DNA of 64,000 nucleotides from Candidatus Saccharimonadales bacterium (GTDB lineage: Bacteria; Patescibacteriota; Saccharimonadia; Saccharimonadales; EFPC-124), in NCBI GenBank assembly GCA_050730875.1, contig JBOHNX010000001.1, positions 297,972-361,971 of the forward strand, in the 5' to 3' direction. This document shows positions 60,951 through 64,000 of this stretch, in pieces. The position numbers and the translations under genes are program-made. Positions within the stretch are counted from its first letter, which is position 1; the number at the start of each line of letters is the position of its first letter. The notes below the pieces were generated by a model, which saw nothing but the letters and a program-made list of their open reading frames with translations, searched no databases and had not been told where the DNA came from.

Positions 60951-61037
60951 AACGCTTATTGCTATTTTAGCGCATGCCAGTGTTTGCGGTAAATAAAAAC
61001 ACCCCATTTTGGAGTGTTTTTATCGCTCTAGCTAAAA

Positions 61038-61358
61038 CTACATGCGGATTTCTGCGTCGCAACCTGCCGGAAGGCTAAGGTTTTGCAGAGAATCGATAGT
61101 CTTTGGAGTGGGGTTGGTGATGTCGATAAGACGTTTGTGAACGCGCATTTCGAAATGCTCACCACCCTTTTTGTAGACGTGCGGGCTTTTTACCACTGTG
61201 TAGGTGCTACGGCGGGTAGGCAGTGGCACTGGGCCGGCAATGCTTGCACCGGTGCGAAGCGCAGTGTCGATAATTTGTTTTGCTGATTGGTCGATGACCT
61301 TGTGGTCATACGCCTTTAGACGGATACGAATCCGTTGAGCTGGTTTTGTTTCAGCCAT
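61038..61358 (-). CDS. rpsJ: 30S ribosomal protein S10
   Basis: [30 protein letters not shown]. Confidence 0.96.
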   Translation of the reverse strand: MAETKPAQRIRIRLKAYDHKVIDQSAKQIIDTALRTGASIAGPVPLPTRRSTYTVVKSPHVYKKGGEHFEMRVHKRLIDITNPTPKTIDSLQNLSLPAGCDAEIRM

Positions 61359-61458
61359 GAAACAGTCTCCTTGTTTTTATACCGTAACCTCTGCTCGAAT
61401 TGCGGCGAACTGCTCGCATCTGGCCGAGTTCTCGGTACGATTGATATTCTGAAGTTGT

Positions 61459-61486
61459 ATTATACATTTTTTTGGATTTTTTTCAA
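61459..61486 (-). promoter_or_regulatory. Candidate rpsJ promoter
   Basis: Minus strand TTGAAA (61486-61481), 16 nt spacer, TATAAT (61464-61459), in an AT-rich region. Confidence 0.45.
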
Positions 61487-61602
61487 TGTTAAGAACTATA
61501 TGCGAATGCAATATTGCAAATGAGAAAAGTGGAGCTTGTGCGATGACGGTTCAGTAGTAGAGAACTACCATCCCGACACTTCCTGTCGCACACAGGCCCT
61601 CC

Positions 61603-61947
61603 TTACTCCTCATCGCGAAGCTCTTGCCAGAGGTTAGCTTCCCTTCGCTCCTCGCTGCTTGCGCTATCGAGCAGTCTAGCCCTACCTACACTCGGTACGG
61701 AAATGATTGCCGTAGCGATCAGCGCCAGTAGAAGCGGGGCAGGGATTGCTTCCCGTATGTCTTCCTGTCTCACTAGCACGAGTACTATTGCTAGTGCAAG
61801 AAAAGCAGCACCGGCGCACAGCGTGGCGCGTGCGCGCTTTCTTGGCACATCACCTCGTTGCCGCCGAAGCCCCAAAAGGCCGCGTAAAAGCAGGGTCAGC
61901 CCAAAGATGCCAACGACTGCAGCGAGTAGATAAGTAAGGATGTTCAC
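61603..61947 (-). CDS. Small membrane protein
   Basis: 114 aa with 3 predicted TM helices and an acidic tail. Confidence 0.45.
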   Translation of the reverse strand: MNILTYLLAAVVGIFGLTLLLRGLLGLRRQRGDVPRKRARATLCAGAAFLALAIVLVLVRQEDIREAIPAPLLLALIATAIISVPSVGRARLLDSASSEERREANLWQELRDEE

Positions 61948-62073
61948 GTCCGCCTCCTTCCGATAGTATCGACATAGGTGAACGTAAATAGATCATACGA
62001 TAGATCTTTATTTTGTCAATTAGAAAAGAGCCGCTTTACACGACTCTTTTCTAATAAATAGGGTGTTACGAGA

Positions 62074-63258
62074 TTATTTTACAATCTTGGTAACAACACC
62101 AGCACCAACGGTGCGGCCACCTTCACGGATAGCAAAGCGGAGACCTTGGTCCATAGCGATTGGAGCAAGCAGCTTCACTTTGAAGGTAACGGTGTCACCA
62201 GGCATGACCATTTCTTTGTCAGCTGGGAGTTCAACTTCACCGGTTACGTCAGTAGTACGGAAGTAGAACTGAGGCTTGTAACCCTTGAAGAATGGAGTGT
62301 GGCGACCACCTTCCTCTTTGGCGAGAACGTACACTTCTGCGTCGAACTCGGTGTGAGGAGTGATGCTACCTGGTTTTGCGATAACTTGACCGCGCTCAAT
62401 GTCGTCGCGCTCAATACCGCGGAGCAGGATACCAGCGTTGTCACCAGCTTGACCTTGATCGAGCTGTTTCTTGAACGCTTCGATACCGGTTACAACTGAT
62501 TTCTTGTTGTCGCGGATACCAACGATTTCAACTTCGTCGTTCAGCTTAACAACACCAGTTTCGATACGGCCGGTAGCAACAGTACCACGGCCCTTAATGC
62601 TGAAGACGTCTTCGATAGGCATAAGGAATGGCTTGTCGAGGTCGCGCTTTGGCTCTTCGATGTAGTCGTCCATGGCCTTAAGCAGTTCCATAACAGCGTC
62701 TTCATATTTTGCGTCGCCTTCGAGAGCCTTCAACGCAGACCCCTTAATAACAGGAGCGTTGCGGTCGAATTCGTATTTTGCAAGAAGGTCGCGGACGTCT
62801 TCTTCAACAAGTTCTACGAGGTCTGCATCAGCCATGTCCATCTTGTTGAGGAACACAACGATCTTAGGCACACCAACCTGCTTCGCAAGCAGCACGTGCT
62901 CACGGGTCTGAGGCATTGGGCCGTCAGCAGCGCTCACAACGAGGATAGCACCGTCAACCTGAGCAGCACCGGTAATCATGTTTTTAACGTAGTCGGCGTG
63001 ACCAGGCATGTCGACGTGCGCGTAGTGGCGCTTTTCGCTTTCATATTCCTGGTGTGAAGTTGCGATAGTAATACCGCGGGCCTTCTCTTCTGGTGCGTTG
63101 TCGATTTGGTCGTACGCAACAGGCTTGTTCACATCGCTTGGAAGGCGCTTAGCGAGTACTGCGGTAATCGCAGCTGTGAGGGTCGTCTTACCGTGGTCCA
63201 CGTGTCCCATGGTACCAACGTTGACGTGTGGCTTGCTTCGGTCAAATGTAGCTGCCAT
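62074..63258 (-). CDS. tuf: Elongation factor Tu
   Basis: [27 protein letters not shown]. Confidence 0.98.
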   Translation of the reverse strand: MAATFDRSKPHVNVGTMGHVDHGKTTLTAAITAVLAKRLPSDVNKPVAYDQIDNAPEEKARGITIATSHQEYESEKRHYAHVDMPGHADYVKNMITGAAQVDGAILVVSAADGPMPQTREHVLLAKQVGVPKIVVFLNKMDMADADLVELVEEDVRDLLAKYEFDRNAPVIKGSALKALEGDAKYEDAVMELLKAMDDYIEEPKRDLDKPFLMPIEDVFSIKGRGTVATGRIETGVVKLNDEVEIVGIRDNKKSVVTGIEAFKKQLDQGQAGDNAGILLRGIERDDIERGQVIAKPGSITPHTEFDAEVYVLAKEEGGRHTPFFKGYKPQFYFRTTDVTGEVELPADKEMVMPGDTVTFKVKLLAPIAMDQGLRFAIREGGRTVGAGVVTKIVK

Positions 63259-63335
63259 GTATTCTCCTTAGTTTTTCTACTAATAATTATCTTTTCGCAT
63301 GAGATAGCAATACCACCTCACGACGTATGCAAGTG

Positions 63336-63364
63336 ATTATAATGAGACTTCTCTCGGTTGTAAA
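63336..63364 (-). promoter_or_regulatory. Candidate internal promoter for tuf
   Basis: Minus strand TTTACA (63364-63359), 17 nt spacer, TATAAT (63341-63336). Confidence 0.45.
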
Positions 63365-63379
63365 GGGGTTAGCCCGAAG

Positions 63380-64000
63380 TTACGAACTCTTCTTGGCAAT
63401 GATGCCTTCGGCAACGTTGTTTGGCACTTCTTCGTAGTGTGCTAACTCCATGCTTGAGCTGGCGCGGCCCTGGGTTGAACTACGCAGTTCGGTGGTGTAA
63501 CCAAACATTTCGCCAAGCGGTACGATGGCAGTGATTTCTTTCACGCCGCCGCTAAGGTCTTCCATGCTTTCGATACGGCCACGTTTTGCGTTTAGGCTAC
63601 CGATTACATCACCCATGAAGTCTTCTGGAGTTACAACGACTACCTTCATGACTGGTTCGAGCAATACCGGATTTGCTTTTTTTACACCTTCGCGAGCTGC
63701 GAGGGCACCGGCCATCTTAAAGGCCATTTCACTTGAGTCGACATCGTGGTAGCTACCATCGTATAGAGTAGCTTTAACATCTACAACTGGATAGCCGGCA
63801 ATCACACCGCCGTTAAGCGTTTCTTCGATACCGTTACGAACAGGGTTGCGGAATTCCTGAGGAACGACACCACCTTTAATTTCGTCGCCGAACTCGAAGC
63901 CTTTACCGGTTTCGTTTGGCTCGATACGTAGCCATACGTGACCATACTGACCACGACCACCCGATTGCTTGATGTACTTACCTTCGATTTCAATTTGCTT
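63380..64000 (-). CDS. fusA: Elongation factor G, C-terminal ~206 codons (5' end outside the window)
   Basis: In-frame translation to the window edge: [28 protein letters not shown]...[27 protein letters not shown]. Confidence 0.95.
   Translation of the reverse strand, partial: KQIEIEGKYIKQSGGRGQYGHVWLRIEPNETGKGFEFGDEIKGGVVPQEFRNPVRNGIEETLNGGVIAGYPVVDVKATLYDGSYHDVDSSEMAFKMAGALAAREGVKKANPVLLEPVMKVVVVTPEDFMGDVIGSLNAKRGRIESMEDLSGGVKEITAIVPLGEMFGYTTELRSSTQGRASSSMELAHYEEVPNNVAEGIIAKKSS

Overview
Gene-dense 64-kb chromosomal segment from a compact bacterial genome. A Patescibacteria/Saccharibacteria-like or Gram-positive-type lineage is my inference only, based on the missing L30, K/A/E-rich tails on ribosomal proteins, an LAxTG sortase signal and a pilin-like gene. 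No rRNA, CRISPR array or IS transposase was seen.

Layout:
- 1-3.2 kb: rplA-rplK-nusG-secE on the minus strand.
- 3.3-20.7 kb: mixed housekeeping and accessory genes. These include a GT2 glycosyltransferase, two histidine kinases, an OmpR regulator with a MacB/FtsX-type ABC pair, a YgjP-like peptidase, a YcaQ/AlkZ-like protein, MscS, DUF2277, an AhpD-like protein, pterin dehydratase, a decayed methyltransferase remnant, NUDIX, tRNA-Trp, an FNR-like reductase and a pilin-like gene.
- 20.8-25.2 kb: alpha-glucan cluster (GT4/5-like synthase, GH57, GH15).
- 25.9-28.0 kb: rpmG, a sortase-anchored spherulin-4-like surface protein and a tRNA cluster (Thr-UGU, Thr-GGU, Tyr-GUA).
- about 28.05-39.34 kb: a lower-GC (by eye) ~11.3-kb integrative element next to tRNA-Tyr. 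It encodes a large serine recombinase and a LexA/S24-type repressor. Its cargo is a tightly packed five-gene operon: DUF2188, a TM alpha/beta protein, a CD-NTase/SMODS-like nucleotidyltransferase, an E2-like SEC-C protein and a multi-zinc-ribbon protein. I consider this operon the best candidate for a non-canonical CBASS-like defence system.
- 39.4-44.3 kb: TPR protein, holB, rluD, trpS and a DAHP-synthase-like gene. These are preceded by what looks like a classical leader-peptide (FYSWF) transcription attenuator.
- 44.5-64.0 kb: alpha/spc/S10/str ribosomal super-operon on the minus strand. Oddities are no L30, no adk/map, an intrinsic terminator between rplO and secY, and three non-ribosomal genes inserted between rpsJ and rplC with a new promoter and attenuator-like leader in front of rplC.

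All functional calls come from motif-level reading of the translated ORFs. No database search was run.
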